A DNA stretch of 64,000 bases. Origin: Eledone cirrhosa (taxonomy: Eukaryota). Made by a program: the position numbers and the translations under genes. Positions 28,184 through 43,180 of the stretch are shown here, in pieces. The stretch lies in contig OZ024745.1 in NCBI GenBank assembly GCA_964016885.1, forward strand, positions 104,408,001 to 104,472,000, given 5' to 3'. The notes below the pieces were generated by a model. The model saw nothing but the letters and a program-made list of their open reading frames with translations, made no database searches and had not been told where the DNA came from. Within the stretch, counting starts at the first letter, position 1. Each line of letters begins with the position of its first letter.

Positions 28184-29505
28184 GTAAGTTATTGTTTAAC
28201 TACAATTATTTTGATCTCACACTATATTTTCGTGGCTGAAAACTATCTAGTGATCATCACCATAATAGAGGTGTATATGAAGGCATATATGATATGTTTA
28301 TGTACAATAAACAAACATATCTCGCAATGATTTTTTAAAGTTGTGATCATAGCTATCTCAGTAGCCGGTGAGAATTCCCGACACGTGTTCTGGATTTGTA
28401 TCCGTCATCGGTGATATTTACACCGTTAGTACTGAGACAAGAATAAACTAAACGCTTACATGCTTTTTTTTGCGTATGAAACATCAGCTGGAAATGCTCA
28501 TTTGCATATAGTACTTACCTCTAGCTTAGGGTAGATAAGCAACGTCAAGAAGAGACGGCGACCAAAATACCTTATTTCATTTAAGTTGTGAATGTTTTTA
28601 AGAAAAGAACGAAGGCTACATTTCTTTTACTTCTTCTGTAAATGCTGTTACACAATATTTCATTCGAAGGGAGTGCTGTAGAATTAGCGCAACAAAATTG
28701 ACCTACTTCCTTGTAGGAAATAGTTTAATTTCTAGAATTATTTTGGTTCAAACAGCCACTACGACAGCTTTACCTTCCATCAACTTCGATAAAATATAGG
28801 TCAGAAATACTGGGTCAACGTTACAAACAAAACAAAAAGAAAATTAGTAATCAAAACGTGATCAAGAGATAGTTTTAAAAAATGAGTTGTGTGCAATGGT
28901 AGCTATAAAGGAGTGGGCGCTTACATATTTGATGTAGTAAGGAAAGAACTGTTAAGTAATTAATACTACAACCTTAGTAATGGGGCGAGGAGAAAGGCGA
29001 TTAAATCGACCCCAGTACGTTACTGATGCTTTATTCAAAGTTAACCGTAAGGATGAAATTAAAAGTTAACCTCGGCGGGATTTGAACTTAGACCGTAAAG
29101 GAGCGTGACTATGCTGCAAAGCATGGTGCCAACGCTCTACCGATACTGCCAATCCACCGCCATTAAATGTAGGTCTTTCGAGCGACTCCTGAGTTCAAAT
29201 CCTGCCGAGGTTAACATTATCGTTCATCCTTACGGGATCGATAAAATAAAGCACCAGTAACGTTCTGGGGTCGATTTAATCGACTTTCCCCTCCCCAAAT
29301 GAGAACAAATCATTGTCTAAATGACTAACTCTGACCAAAATAAGGCAAGGGAGACAACTCCAAAATTATAATTAATTGAAATTAATTAAATATGGAATGC
29401 AGTGTAGTAATACAAGGACAACGTCAGGCATGTTTGAGTCTGATCATCAAAGTATGGTTTAATCGTGATTGCAAAGTGTTAGAATAGCTAGTTCTTTATT
29501 TATTA

Positions 29506-29591
29506 TTTTTTTGTTTTGTTTTGTTTTGTTTTGTTTTGTTTTGTTTTGTTTTGTTTTGTTTTGTTTTGTTTTGTTTTGTTTTGTTTTGTTT
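29506..29591. repeat. (GTTTT)n microsatellite
   Basis: Pentamer run. Confidence 0.95.
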
Positions 29592-30277
29592 AGGATAAAA
29601 ACTGAGAGACTTTAAAGACTTAAAAAGAAAATGACTAAGGAAAAATATTTATAGTTGCCAACTGCATGAAATTTTAAATGTAAAATAGAAGCTAGCATGA
29701 ATTCGCGACGAGAAGATAACAGTTTTCATATGGAGAGAGCAGAAACGCTGCGACTAGTTGTGAGTGCAAAAGACACAAAGATGGAAACTGTTGTGGTCCA
29801 ATTGAGGAAGTAAATGAAAAACAGAGATCAAAGACTAAAAGTGGTAAATGAAAGGAAATAAATGATATATCATACATATTCTGTTTTATATTTGGTGTAG
29901 TATGATCCTGTAGCTCCTGATAGAGTTGTTGGAACGCCGTATCGACACACGGCGTTTCTTGGGTATTTTAAGCCTGGCGGAGCCCATCTCGCTTCGGGTA
30001 GTACAGCAGATTTCTTCCAGAGAAAGATAGAAAGTGAGAGAAAGGAAATGAGAATGAGATATAGAGGAAAAATCGACCCTAGTACTAGAGTGTTACTTTG
30101 TTTATCGACCTCGAAAGGATGAAAGACAAAGTTGACCCCCGCCTGGATTTGAACTCGGAGAGCAGAGAACCGGAACGAATACCATAAAGTACTCTATACG
30201 AATACCATAAAGTACTCTATACGACATTCTAACGACTCTACCAATTCGCCGGTTTATATTAACATTAAATATTTCTA

Positions 30278-30743
30278 GAGGGTCGGACACCATGCTTTGA
30301 CGCATAGAGTTACGGTCCTTGCCATTCTGAGTTCAAATCCCGCCGAGGTTAACTTTGCCTTTCATCCTTACGGGGTCTATGAAATAAAGTACCAGTAATG
30401 CACTGGGTAATTGCTGGCCTTGTGCCTAAAGTAGAAACAATTATCATTATGGTCCTTGCCATTCTGAGTTCAAATCCCACCGAGGTTAACTTTGCTTTTT
30501 ATGTATATGTAAGTATGCATGTATGCATGAATGCATTTATGTGTGCATGCATATATGTATCTATGTATGTATGTGTGTGTGTGGTGGCCGTTCACTCGTT
30601 TAACGAATACGACTACCATTGATGATTGAAAAACTTTCATTATTTGGTTGACTTTGCCTTTCGTCCTTACGGGGTCGTTAAAATAAAGTACCAGTAATGC
30701 ACTGGGTAATTGCTGGTCTTGTTCCAAAAGTAGAAACAATTAT
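30278..30743 (+). mobile_element. composite SINE with a captured ~140-bp local segment
   Basis: SINE, SINE fragment, captured segment, SINE 3' end; near-identical inverted copy at 35506-35917. Confidence 0.8.
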
Positions 30744-30773
30744 TTTCTTTCGTTCTTTCTTCCTTTTTTTTAG

Positions 30774-30896
30774 TGCAATCGATACAATACAAAACACTCT
30801 ATATGCTCTGACGAGTGGATGAATAATAGTAAAGCAGTTTTAAATGAATTTGACTTCGGAAAAAAAGATTTTTTTATGAGTGAAAAGGTTTTTACC
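30774..30896 (+). CDS. cytokine-like gene, exon 3 (predicted A-B loop; not in the ORF track)
   Basis: Long polypyrimidine tract ttttttttag| ... ACC|gtaagt; 123 nt, phase 0-0, open: CNRYNTKHSICSDEWMNNSKAVLNEFDFGKKDFFMSEKVFT. Confidence 0.82.
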
Positions 30897-31067
30897 GTAA
30901 GTTTTATTTCTGTTTTCAACGTTCTTTTCGGTGTACTTAACTGAGAATACAAACACACGAATTACAAAACAAATAGTGTAACGAAATCGTAACTTGATAC
31001 CTATACCTCTATCAAACACACACACGCACACGCACACACACACATGCACACACACACACATATATAT

Positions 31068-31146
31068 TGGGAAGTCAAGTATGAAATTTGTAGAAATTTG
31101 TAGAAAAAAAAAAAACAAATTTCTACAAATTTCATACTTGACTTTA
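31068..31146. mobile_element. tiny palindromic MITE
   Basis: AGTCAAGTATGAAATTTGTAGAAA ... TTTCTACAAATTTCATACTTGACT in a TA context; second copy at 53201-53266. Confidence 0.6.
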
Positions 31147-31158
31147 TATATATATACA

Positions 31159-31265
<107 letters not shown>

Positions 31266-31281
31266 GTTTCTAAATATATTG

Positions 31282-31316
<35 letters not shown>

Positions 31317-31769
31317 CACACACATTCTATTTTACAATAAATGTTGTGTTTTTTAATATATTATGCTTATATAGGGCGGTCGATTGGCAGTATAGGTAGA
31401 GCGTCGGACAACATGCTTTGCAGTATAGAGTTACGGCCCTTTATGATCTAAGTTCAAATCCCGTCGAGGTTGACTTTGCTTTTCATCCTCACGGATGAAG
31501 CCATTTCTTATATTAGATATTTATACTCTGCTATGTTTTGAGTACCTTACTTACTGTGGCTACCCCCGATTGAACCTGGGATACACACACATATATATAT
31601 ATGTGTGTGTGTATGTGTGTGTGTGTATGTGTGTGTGTGTGTGTATGTGTGTGTGTGTGTGTGTATAAACCCAGAACGTAAAGGTTCTTTTAAAAATACC
31701 GCAATATAAACGATTTATAAAAATACATTAACATATATATATATAATCAATTTTTATTATTTTATATAG

Positions 31770-31982
31770 AATTCTTTGAAAAAGTTGGCTTATGTTTTGG
31801 GGCGATACACAAATATGTTCAAAATTCTTCTGAAAACTAAAAAGGCCTCGCTCTGTAAGCATCTACCAATACATGTTTATTGTAACCCATGTGGAGAATT
31901 TCAAACAGACGTTTCTATTGATTACTGCGAGTTAAATATAACAACCTATAAACTGAAAGACTTGGAAATTGAACTTAACGAG
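31770..31982 (+). CDS. cytokine-like gene, exon 4 (predicted helices B and C)
   Basis: tttttattattttatatag| ... GAG|gtaaga; 213 nt, phase 0-0; NSLKKLAYVLGRYTNMFKILLK...DYCELNITTYKLKDLEIELNE. Confidence 0.82.
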
Positions 31983-32446
31983 GTAAGACATCAATATTTT
32001 CTTTTTGTTGTTTGTTAATTGAGGTCGTTTGGCCGATTTCGATCAATATTAATGGAGTCGTAATTCGCATGGGTGCCGTCCTGAAATACGTATTGACCTT
32101 TTTTTAAATCTAACGGATCCCATCCCCTCTGCATGTCTGAACACAGCTGATTTCTTCTAGAGAGAAAGTGGGAGAGAGAGAAAGAGAGAGATAGATAGAT
32201 ATATTTCTTTATTAGCCACAGGGGCACAAAAGAAGGGGACAAATACAAAGGGGGAAGTTTACATACAATAAAAACGTGTAAAATGTTATCACAAATGCAA
32301 TTTAAAAAGTTAGTCGATTTTCTCCAATAGGGGGAGACAGTTCATATGGGTAACACATACCCCCGAAAAAATGTGCAACTCTCAACTCCAGGAGTACGAA
32401 CAGTTTGTACTCCTTTCCTCTCCTCCTCCTTTTCCTCAGCCTACAT

Positions 32447-32525
<79 letters not shown>

Positions 32526-33777
32526 AGGGGTGACTGGGAAAAATATATAGAGGAAGGATCGACCCAGTACTTAACCGGTATTTTTTTTTTTTTTCTCAAC
32601 CTCGGTGAAATTTGAACTGAGAGCACAGAGAGCCAGAACCTGCATATGTGCTGGTAAGTGATGATGATATGATAGTTTCTTGATCACGCAGAAAATGAAT
32701 ATTTATAAATGAACCGCTATATTATTAATTTACTGATTATAACTCACGCCGAAGCTATACGAGAAATACGTTATTTGTATTGGCAGTATCGGTAGAGGGT
32801 CGGACGCCATGCTTTCCAGCATAGTTACGTCCCTTTACGATCTGAGTTCAAATCCCGCCGAGATTGACTTTGCCTTTCATCCTTACGGGTCGATAAAATA
32901 AAGTACCAGTAATGCACTGTGCCTAAAGTAGAAACAGTTATTTGTTTGTTTGTAAAAGTAGAGTTAAAGTCGTATTTACCAAGAAAACTTCATGAACTTC
33001 ACTGGTTTGGTTAAGAGAGAGACCAAAAGATAGAGATTAAGTGAAAGAGAGAGAGAGAGAGAGAGAGTAAGAGAAAGTAAGAGTCTGTAAGACCCCAAAA
33101 GTGTCTGTAGGAAGCAATAATCTGCATATTTACTCTATCAAGACCCGCTTCAAACTGCTGCTGTCTGGTCCATGATAGGCTATTTATCTATGCCGCTTCC
33201 TCTGTCCCCAAACCTTGAGAACAAAAGGCTGACCTTTAGACGTCGTCCACTCTCAGACCTGTTTACACCCGAAAAGAGATAACCCAGAAAATGTCCGTTA
33301 AATGTCATCCAGGGGTCAGATTTCGCTACATATATTGTATTTTTTCATATATCATATCATCTCTCTTTCTCTTTTTCTACCACTGTCAATATATTTATGC
33401 ATATGTGTAAATATACATAGAACACCTTATAAATTGTTCGTGTTGATGCCTTCATAGAATATACCTCGTCAAGTCTGTAAAATGGTTGTGCTGGTGTTGC
33501 AAAAAATGTCGGCAAATTATGAATATCTGAACCTCCAAAAATGATATGCATACATACATACACACATACATACATACATACATACATACATACATACATA
33601 CATACATACATACATGATGATGATGGCTGCCCCCTCGTTATCGAGTATGGCCATTGTACGATATAACATTATTAATAATTATCAAGTAATGCTGTCGTGC
33701 AATGCCTGTGCGTGAAGATTCATTTCGAACTTGATATAATCTGTCTAAAGTATTATTATTTTTTTTTTAATTTTCAG

Positions 33778-33942
33778 CTTTCCGAGAAATACAAACAAGA
33801 AGATTTAAAAAGATTGCGTCATTTCGTCCAAGAAGCTACTTTCCAACAACACGAAGAATTTGTCTTTAAAATGTTAACAAACACTTTAACAGAATTAAAC
33901 CAAATGCGGGTTTTTTTTAGTGTGTACCCAGCTAATTCTTAG
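33778..33942 (+). CDS. cytokine-like gene, exon 5 (predicted helix D, stop)
   Basis: ttttttttaattttcag|; phase 0; LSEKYKQEDLKRLRHFVQEATFQQHEEFVFKMLTNTLTELNQMRVFFSVYPANS*; two ATTTA motifs follow the stop. Confidence 0.78.
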   Translation, partial: LSEKYKQEDLKRLRHFVQEATFQQHEEFVFKMLTNTLTELNQMRVFFSVYPANS

Positions 33943-34037
33943 TAATCCTACTGCTTACTAAACATAATATTTAAATATTTAACTTTATTCAAACTATCAG
34001 CAATAATATCTTTATATAACCAGAACATGAATACAGA

Positions 34038-34098
<61 letters not shown>

Positions 34099-34707
34099 TC
34101 CTCTCGCATGAATTCAAAAGCTTCGTTTCTCACTAAATATTTTAACTGTACCATCATCAACACTATCGTTATTTTTCGTTCAAGTCGTCTTGATTGCTAG
34201 CTGTTAACTAACCCCCCCCCCCATACAGCTCTGATCGAACAAATATATGATCAAAGCCATTCCATCTTTGATTATCTTACTTTAAAAAGTATTTAGGAAT
34301 ACAGTATCCAATGTATCCTTCTCTTTTCGAAGATGGTATGGAGCAATTTGAGGAGAATTTGACTGTCATTTCTAGTGGACCGATCAACCACATTGAAGTT
34401 TCCTTGATTGATTCTCATCGATATACAATTAGTACCGTTTCTTGGTTGCGTCCACTATTGCTTTCTCTTCTTAAAGATACCTATTATTTCTGCTGCAGAG
34501 CTACTTTGAAAGGAAGTATACAGCTTCCTTCTCAAACCAAATAGAACGTTAGATAGAATGTTCTGTGGTATTCGTTCCGGTTCTCTATGATCTGAGTTCA
34601 AATCCGGGTGGGTTCAATTTTGCCTGTTATATTTTTGAGGTCGATAAAAAAAAAAGTACCAGTTCACTACTGCGATTGATTCCTCATATTTATCTCTTTT
34701 CCACTTC

Positions 34708-34740
<33 letters not shown>

Positions 34741-35160
34741 GCGCACACAAACACACACACACACGCGCGCGCGCGCACGCACACACACACATACACACAC
34801 ACACACACACGCGCACACACGCACACACACACATTCCCCGCAAGAAATTGGGTTGTATTCCGACCTGGAAAAAGGGGATGTGTTCCGTCAGATTTAAAAT
34901 GGCCATGATATGCTATATGGCACGATAGCACCCCTACGACTCCACCAGGAGAATTATTGGTTCATACACATTCTAGCCAAAATATTGATATTCATTTTTT
35001 TTTTTAAATGTTTGCTTTTTTTTTTTTTTTGAGACGGAGTTGGCTGTTCAATGAATAGGAAAACCCTGTACTGTACCATATTTCGATATTTCGAATACAT
35101 AGATTTTCCTTCTGTCACTTATACAAAGCGACTTGACAAGCCTTGCATTCGTAACAAGCG

Positions 35161-35310
35161 CGTTCAGGTGCACAAGCGCGGTCTCTATATTCCAGCGAAC
35201 TATGGATAGGTGTATTGCTTTACGTAAATTCTCTCATGACGTGAGCGACCCATCTAACCCATGCAAGCATGGAAAAATAGACGTTTAACGGTGATAATGA
35301 TAATGATAAT
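35161..35310 (+). mobile_element. short Gypsy-RT/RTE-tail chimeric fragment
   Basis: Homologous to 58815-58970 across the same Gypsy-to-RTE-tail junction. Confidence 0.65.
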
Positions 35311-35505
35311 AGTTTCTTATATAGGCACAAGGCCAGCAATTATCCCAGTGTATTACTGGTACTTTATTTTGTCGAGCCCGTAAGGATGAAAGGCAAAGTT
35401 TAACCTCGGCGGGATTTGAACTCAGACAGTAAAGGGCCGTAACTCTTTGCTGCAAAGCATGGCGTCCAACCCTCTACCGATACTGCCAATCCACCACCCT
35501 AAATA

Positions 35506-35917
35506 TTTGTTTCTACTTTTGGCACAAGGCCAGCAATTACCCAGTGCATTACTGGTACTTTATTTTAACGACCCCGTAAGGACGAAAGGCAAAGTCAACC
35601 AAATAATGAAAGTTTTTCAATCATCAATGGTAGTCGTATTCGTTAAACGAGTGAACGGCCACCACACACACACATACATACATAGATACATATATGCATG
35701 CACACATAAATGCATTCATGCATACATGCATACTTACATATACATACAAGCAAAGTTAACCTCGGTGGGATTTGAACTCAGAATGGCAAGGACCATAATG
35801 ATAATTGTTTCTACTTTAGGCACAAGGCCAGCAATTACCCAGTGCATTACTGGTACTTTATTTTATCGACCTCGTAAGGATGAAAGGCAAAGTTAACCTC
35901 GGCGGGATTTGAACTCA
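35506..35917 (-). mobile_element. composite SINE, inverted copy of 30326-30740
   Basis: Reverse-complement match including the internal junctions. Confidence 0.85.
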
Positions 35918-36207
35918 GTAATGATAGTATATATATATGATAGTATATATATATATATATTACATTTTAGACTTAGTTCCGTTTAATTGATTATTTGTCT
36001 AGTTAATTTCTGCGGACGAAGAAGAAAGACTGGTTAAATTTTGTCTGACTGTTCCTCACAGAGGAAAGTCTGTGATTTTTATGTGTTATTTCTTCAAAGT
36101 TATATTTTAAACTTAGCTCCCTTTAAATGATTATTTATCTAGTTAATTTCTACGGACTAAGGAGGAAAAGAATTGAATATATTTTGTCTGACTGTTCTTC
36201 AAACTTA

Positions 36208-36270
<63 letters not shown>

Positions 36271-36273
<3 letters not shown>

Positions 36274-36454
36274 AAAAAGTATAACCCCGACGGCAGAGCT
36301 CAAGCCGTTTCGACGGCTATTTCTGGAAAGCCGTCGAAACGGCTTGAGCTCTGCCGTCGGTGTGATACTTTTTCCTATTACCCACTCTACTACCCTAAGT
36401 ATTGAGTACTCTGGTGCGTTATGGTCCATCTGGTTCCTTACCACAACTCCTTCG

Positions 36455-36536
<82 letters not shown>

Positions 36537-36566
36537 CGAAGGAGTTGTGGTAAGGAACCAGATGGA

Positions 36567-36570
<4 letters not shown>
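36271..36570 (+). mobile_element. fold-back element, family D, plus an inverted tail scrap
   Basis: Hairpin 36271-36378, tail to 36456, inverted tail piece 36534-36570 across a TA tract. Confidence 0.75.
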
Positions 36571-36642
<72 letters not shown>

Positions 36643-36647
<5 letters not shown>

Positions 36648-37000
36648 GAAGAGAGAAGAAACAGTTAGATATAATTAGTAATAAAATGTATCATACCTAA
36701 ACTGCTTCTAAATTCCTCGACTACGTAGTTTCGTGGCATAATAATATATTGTTTTTGTTTATGCATTATGATATTTTGTTTTTGTTTATGCCACGAAACT
36801 ACGTAGTCGAGGAATTTAGAAGCAGTTTAGGTATGATACATTTTATTACTAATTATATCTAAATGTTTCTTCTCTCTTCATAATGTATTTTTAACTCTGA
36901 TACTGGTTCAGTCTGGTTCAACTGAATTGGTCTGTCCCAGTCATTCATTGAGCAACATCGGTGAAGTTGGCACCCTTAACTCACAGTTGGGTGCGGATGC
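36643..37000 (+). mobile_element. PLE-derived fold-back element (family F)
   Basis: 99-bp inverted arms 36643-36741 and 36786-36884 plus tail; carries only a hammerhead 3' half, GAAA-ctacgtag-TC. Confidence 0.75.
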
Positions 37001-37054
37001 ATTCATGTATATATGTGTGTGTCCGCATGTATCTGTGTGTTTCTAAATATATTG

Positions 37055-37133
<79 letters not shown>

Positions 37134-37137
<4 letters not shown>

Positions 37138-37285
37138 GTGGAACACTGGAAGGTAATATCCGTAGTGGTAGAGCATTCAGTCCAAGAGACGAGTTAGGTA
37201 GAAGTGGTTACACAACAGTTAGTTCACCATACCGAGAACAATTGTTTCACCTTCGCGGATGGTGAACTAACTGTTGTGTAACCAC

Positions 37286-37290
<5 letters not shown>
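37134..37290 (-). mobile_element. PLE-derived fold-back element (family G)
   Basis: 32-bp arms 37199-37230 and 37259-37290; minus-strand hammerhead 3' half GAAA-caattg-TT; TA flanks. Confidence 0.65.
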
Positions 37291-37315
<25 letters not shown>

Positions 37316-37317
<2 letters not shown>

Positions 37318-37660
37318 GATATTATCAAATGGAAACTATATTTATAAAACCATATCTATTTTATTATACATATTTCAAGGACACCACGTTAATTTATGGT
37401 ATGCTTTCATCAGACAAAAGACAATATATATCAGTTTTATAAATAAATATTGACATACCCTTAAAAAATGCAACCATTACTGTTGGAAGCTCCAGAATTA
37501 ACGTGGTGTCCTTCAAATATGTATAATAAAATAGATATGGTTTTATAAATATAGTTTCCATTTGTTAATATCGTATGTTTACTCCAAATACTTGTTGAGT
37601 GCTTTATATCAGTTATAAAAATATTTGCTTGTTGTATCCCAACAATTTAAATAGAACTTT

Positions 37661-37663
<3 letters not shown>
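37316..37663. mobile_element. fold-back element, family E, with hammerhead at 37359-37419 (-)
   Basis: Same fixed termini as 10602-10859 (TACGATATT... and ...GAACTTTTGC). Confidence 0.8.
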
Positions 37664-38258
<595 letters not shown>

Positions 38259-38648
38259 TGCGGATCACATTACGGTCTGTCGATTGTGAAGTAGATAAAA
38301 GGAATCGTTCAACGACCTGTATAAATGGTAAAAGACGGAGCATTATATATATATTAATTAAATACTACACCTGATGTACCCCTTCCATACACATGCACAC
38401 ATGTGTGTATCATGACTCGTGCACTGTTCATTTTACTGATGTTTGTGCATTGCCCTCTGTACTGTACATGTGACTTTTTTGATGAGTTGTGGTGTACCTG
38501 GGCACTGTACACAATATTTCATTATTGTTATTATTATTATATCATGACTCATACACTGTTCATTTTCCTGACATTTGTACATTATTCTATGTACTATACA
38601 TGCACCTTTGATGAGTTGTAGTGCACCTGAGCACTGTACACAATAATT

Positions 38649-38681
<33 letters not shown>

Positions 38682-39394
38682 CAGTGGAATTTCCTGTTTA
38701 CCTCAGTCCTTGTATCAGGCTGGTTGTTGTGGGGTCGACTCCTGTATTCAAAATCCTTCCGACCCAAGTAATAGGCAAAGTTTTGATAGCTTTGTCTATT
38801 ACTTGTAATAGACTTCATTTATTTCCTTATGTTTTACTCAGATTATTTTATATCTATCTATGGCGGTGGATTGGCAGTATCGGAAGAGAGTCGAGCACCA
38901 TGCTTTGCAGCATAGAGTTACGGTCCTTTACGGTCTGAGTTCAAATCCCGCCGAGGTTAACTTTGCCTTTCATCCTTACGGAGTCGATAAAATAAAGTAC
39001 CAGTCACGCACTGGAGTCAATTTAATCGACTTCCCCTTCCCCCAAATTACTGGCCTTGTGCCTATATAAGAAACCATTATTTTATGTCTATCATACTTTT
39101 ATACTTTTATGTTTATCATACCTTATACTTACTTATAAAATCAGCAAATATATTTTGATGTTTTAATGCGATTTTTTAAAACAAAATTAGAGCCGGGTTG
39201 TGACCGATTTATGTTGGCATTTTCTATATATAATTTTCTATACATTATGTATGTATGAATGTATGTATGTATTTATTTATGTATGTATGTATGTTTGAAT
39301 GTATGTATGTATGTATTTATTTATGTATGTATGTATGTTTGAATGTATGTATGAATGTATTTACGTATGTATGAATGTATGTATGTATGTATGA

Positions 39395-39620
39395 ATTGTT
39401 GGTCCAAGATAGACTACTTTCCTTATCTATATTACTCTCACTCTGGAGCTTCCTGGCAACATATCCATGCATGAATTTTTGCTGATAAGCATGCAGTTTT
39501 TCATCCATGGATTCACTGCGATACTGCTTAGTGACTTCCCTGGGTGTGTGAGTTTTTGATTATCACACAGGGAATATCTCTCGAGGAGTTCCTTCCCAAC
39601 TCTCATGATCTTATCTTATG
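39395..39620 (-). mobile_element. non-LTR retrotransposon scrap in (ATGT)n
   Basis: KLHAYQQKFMHGYVARKL...IDKESSLSW resembles the post-RT region of R4/NeSL-type elements. Confidence 0.5.
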
Positions 39621-40513
39621 TATGTATGAATGTATTTATGTATGAATGTATGTATATATGTATATATGTATGTATGAATGTATGTATGAAAGCATGTATG
39701 AAAGCATGTATGTATGTATGTATGTATGTATGTATGTATGTATGTATGTATGTATGTATGTATGTGTGTTTGAATGTATGTATGTATGTATGTATGTATG
39801 TATGTTCTTCTGGTTTTATAATTTCACAAATGTTTTCCCAATAAAGAGAGAGTCGGTTTCTAACATAGACACAAGACTCTCTCAATGGAATTTACACAAC
39901 ATCAACTAGGTAGATTATGTATGCATGTGTAGATATGGATGTTATTGTATGTGTGGATGTTTTGAGTTGTATGTGTGCATGTGTATATGCTTTGTATCTG
40001 TACATGTGTATGTGCAGTTATTAGATACATTTTTGGAATGTTTTACATATTTTTACTGTTCCATTAATGGATTGTACTTGTAATTTTCTAACTAGTTATG
40101 TTCTTTCTGTTCCTGTGAAGCTATGTATGTATGTATGTATGTATGTATGTATGTATGTATGTATGTATGTATGGCATTCTTCTAGGAGAAGGCAAATCAG
40201 GAAACTGGGATAACTCCGATATAAAACCTACGCCCTAGTAGTTACCGATGATGTTCATCTTTTCTTCTTTTCGGGTTATAGCTACTGTCGCTCAGAGGGT
40301 GGGATTGGCTCAGTGCACAGTCTGTCCTCACTTTAAAAAAAAACTTCACGCACAGGCATTGCACGGTGGCATTAATTGCTAATTATTAATGCCATCGTGC
40401 AATGCCTGTGCGTGAAGTTTTTTTTTAAAGTGAGGACATAACATTAATAATGTTATATCGTGCAATGGCCATACTCGATAATGAGGGGGCAGCCATCATG
40501 CATGTATGTATGA

Positions 40514-40550
<37 letters not shown>

Positions 40551-42470
40551 CGTGTGTGTGTATGCACGTATGTATGTATGTATGTATGGTATGTATGTAT
40601 GGTATGGATGTATGGTATGTATGTTTGGTATGTATGTATGTATGTATGTATGTATGGTATGTATGTATGTATGTATGTATGTATGTATGTATGTATGTAT
40701 GTATGTATGGTATGTACGTATGGTATGTATGTATGTGTGGTATGTATGTATGTTTTTATGTATTTATGTATGTATGTATTTATGTACTTATTTATTATTC
40801 ATGTGTATTGTATGCATGTGTATATGTGTCTACGGGTTGTTTGCGTTTGTGATGTAAATATGTATCTTATACTTTCCTGAAACCTTTTCTACTGTTTCTT
40901 TCAACAATGTAAATAACCATTATTTGTGCAAACATGGTCGGTGGATTGGCAGTATCGGTAGAGGGTCGGACGCCATGCTTTCCAGCATAGTTACGTCCCT
41001 TTACGGTCTGAGTTCAAATCCCGCCGAGGTTGACTTTGCCTTTCATCCTTACGGGGTCGATAAAATAAAGTACCAGTAATGCACTGGGTATTTGCTGTCC
41101 TTGTGCCTAAAGTAGAAACAATTATTTGTGCAAATAAAATATTAAATAAATAAAATAGTTCTGTCTTATATTCCTTAAATTTTCTTATTCCACAGTTTAA
41201 ACTTCTAAATAACATTTCTAATTTAGGCAAAAGGCCGACAATTTTGGAGGGAAAGGAAAGTCGCTTGTATCAACCCCAGTACTGAAGGTGGCTTAGTGGT
41301 TAAGATATTCAGCTCACGATCGTAAGGTCGGTGGTTTGCACGTTGTGTATTGGCTGTGTCGGACGCCATGCTTTGCAGCATAGAGTTACGTCTCTTTACG
41401 TTCTGAGTTCAAATACTGCCGAGGTTAGCTTTGCCTTTCATCCTTACGGGGTCGATAAAATAAAGTAGCAGTCACGCACTAGGGTCGATTTAATCGACTT
41501 TCCCCTTCCCCCAAAAATTGCTGGCCCTGTGCCTAAATCAGAAACCATTATTTCACGCTCCTGCACTCAACTGGCAAAAATGAGTTGCATTTGTAATTCA
41601 AGGGGTCATCCTCGCTTGTCATACAGTATGTCTGTGTATTACGTTAAGGATACGTGTCTGCGGAATACTCAGCCACTTGTACACAAATACATCTATATAT
41701 TGTTCCAGTTGGGGAGGAGGCTTCCATAAATGTATTATTAGTGGTGGATTGGCAGTATCGGTAGAGTTTCGCCATGCTTTCTAGCATAGAGTTACGGCCC
41801 TTTAGGGTCTGAGTTCAAATCCTGCCGAGGTTCACTTTGCCTTTCATCTTTACGGGGTCGATAAAATAAAGTGCCAGTAATGTACTGGGATAATTGCTGG
41901 CTTTGTGGCAATGGCAGACACCATTATTACAATAGTGAGCTACATGTACATTTTGGATTGGACAATTACAAACACGTCAATAGTTTTACATATATGTCAT
42001 TTTGTTCTTGTACACCGGATGACACGTATAATCAATTTAAACGTCCGTTACGGAATTAGTAAACCATGACAGACTAATTTTTTCAATATCACATAATACT
42101 TATATATATATATATATATATATGTATATGTATATGTATATATATATACATATATATATACATATACAATCGAAAGGTTGTGAGTTCAATTCTCAGACTG
42201 GGTGATGTGTTGTTTCCTTGAGCAAGACACTTTATTTCACATTGCTCCAGTTTACTCAGCTGTAGAAATGAGATGATAGGGACTGGGGTCCATATCATTC
42301 CACTGCAAAGTGGTCGTGGAGGTGCCACGACAAAAAAGCACCCAGCACTCACTGTAAATGAGGTTGGGAAGGGCATCCAGCTGTAGAAATCAAGCCAAAA
42401 TCAGTTTCCCGTCCCACCCTTGCAAGCAGGGAAAAAGCGGACGTAAAATGAAATGATGAAATGATGATAT

Positions 42471-43051
42471 ATATTGTTATACTTTGGGAGGGTCATGTTG
42501 CCAATAAGAAACACACGCACCAGTTGCTTTCACTTCAATTTAATTTATTATATATTTATAAATTTACAAATTTATAAATTTCTGGTTGGTTGGTTGGTTC
42601 CACAACCAGATAGTTGTTTATATATATATAGTCATAGTTCTTTCGTCACACACTCTGTGACCTCTTCAGTGACTGGGGATTTCTTTCTTCGTTTCTGTGC
42701 CTTTCCTTTCTTCTATCCTACGCCATCTATCCAACAAAATGGCGTAGGATAGAAGAAAGGAAAGGCACAGAAACGAAGAAAGAAATCCCCAGTCACTGAA
42801 GAGGTCACAGAGTGTGTGACGAAAGAACTATGACTATATATATATAAACAACTATCTGGTTGTGGAACCAACCAACCAACCAGAAATTTATAAATTTGTA
42901 AATTTATAAATATATAATAAATTAAATTGAAGTGAAAGCAACTGGTGCGTGTGTTTCTTATTGGCAACATGACCCTCCCAAAGTATAACAATATCGGTTT
43001 CAACACACGATTTCAGATAAAGAATCTTGCTAAACAAATTCAGAAACGAAA
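42471..43051. mobile_element. PLE pLTR palindrome (family I)
   Basis: 256-bp arms 42471-42726 and 42739-42994, tail to 43051. The arm matches the 3' end of the PLE fragment at 47940-48190. A shorter copy with the same ends lies at 43363-43522. Confidence 0.88.
42791..42835 (+). ncRNA. minimal type I hammerhead ribozyme (mirror at 42630-42674 -, homolog at 47990-48034 +)
   Basis: agtca-CTGAAGA-g-gtcaca/tgtgac-GAAA-gaac-TA-tgact. Confidence 0.8.
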
Positions 43052-43142
43052 GATGATATATATATTATATATATATATATATATATAAATGTAAGTATGT
43101 ATGTATACGTACATACATATATGTATACAGACGTACAGTAGC

Positions 43143-43180
<38 letters not shown>

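Noticed and set aside
29594-29679. Candidate exon after the (GTTTT)n tract (tttag...gtaaaa)
   Set aside because: 86 nt with stop codons in all three frames; 30774-30896 fits the gene instead.
30808-30866. CTGACGA...GAAA hammerhead-like motif
   Set aside because: No convincing stems I or III, and it lies inside coding exon 3.
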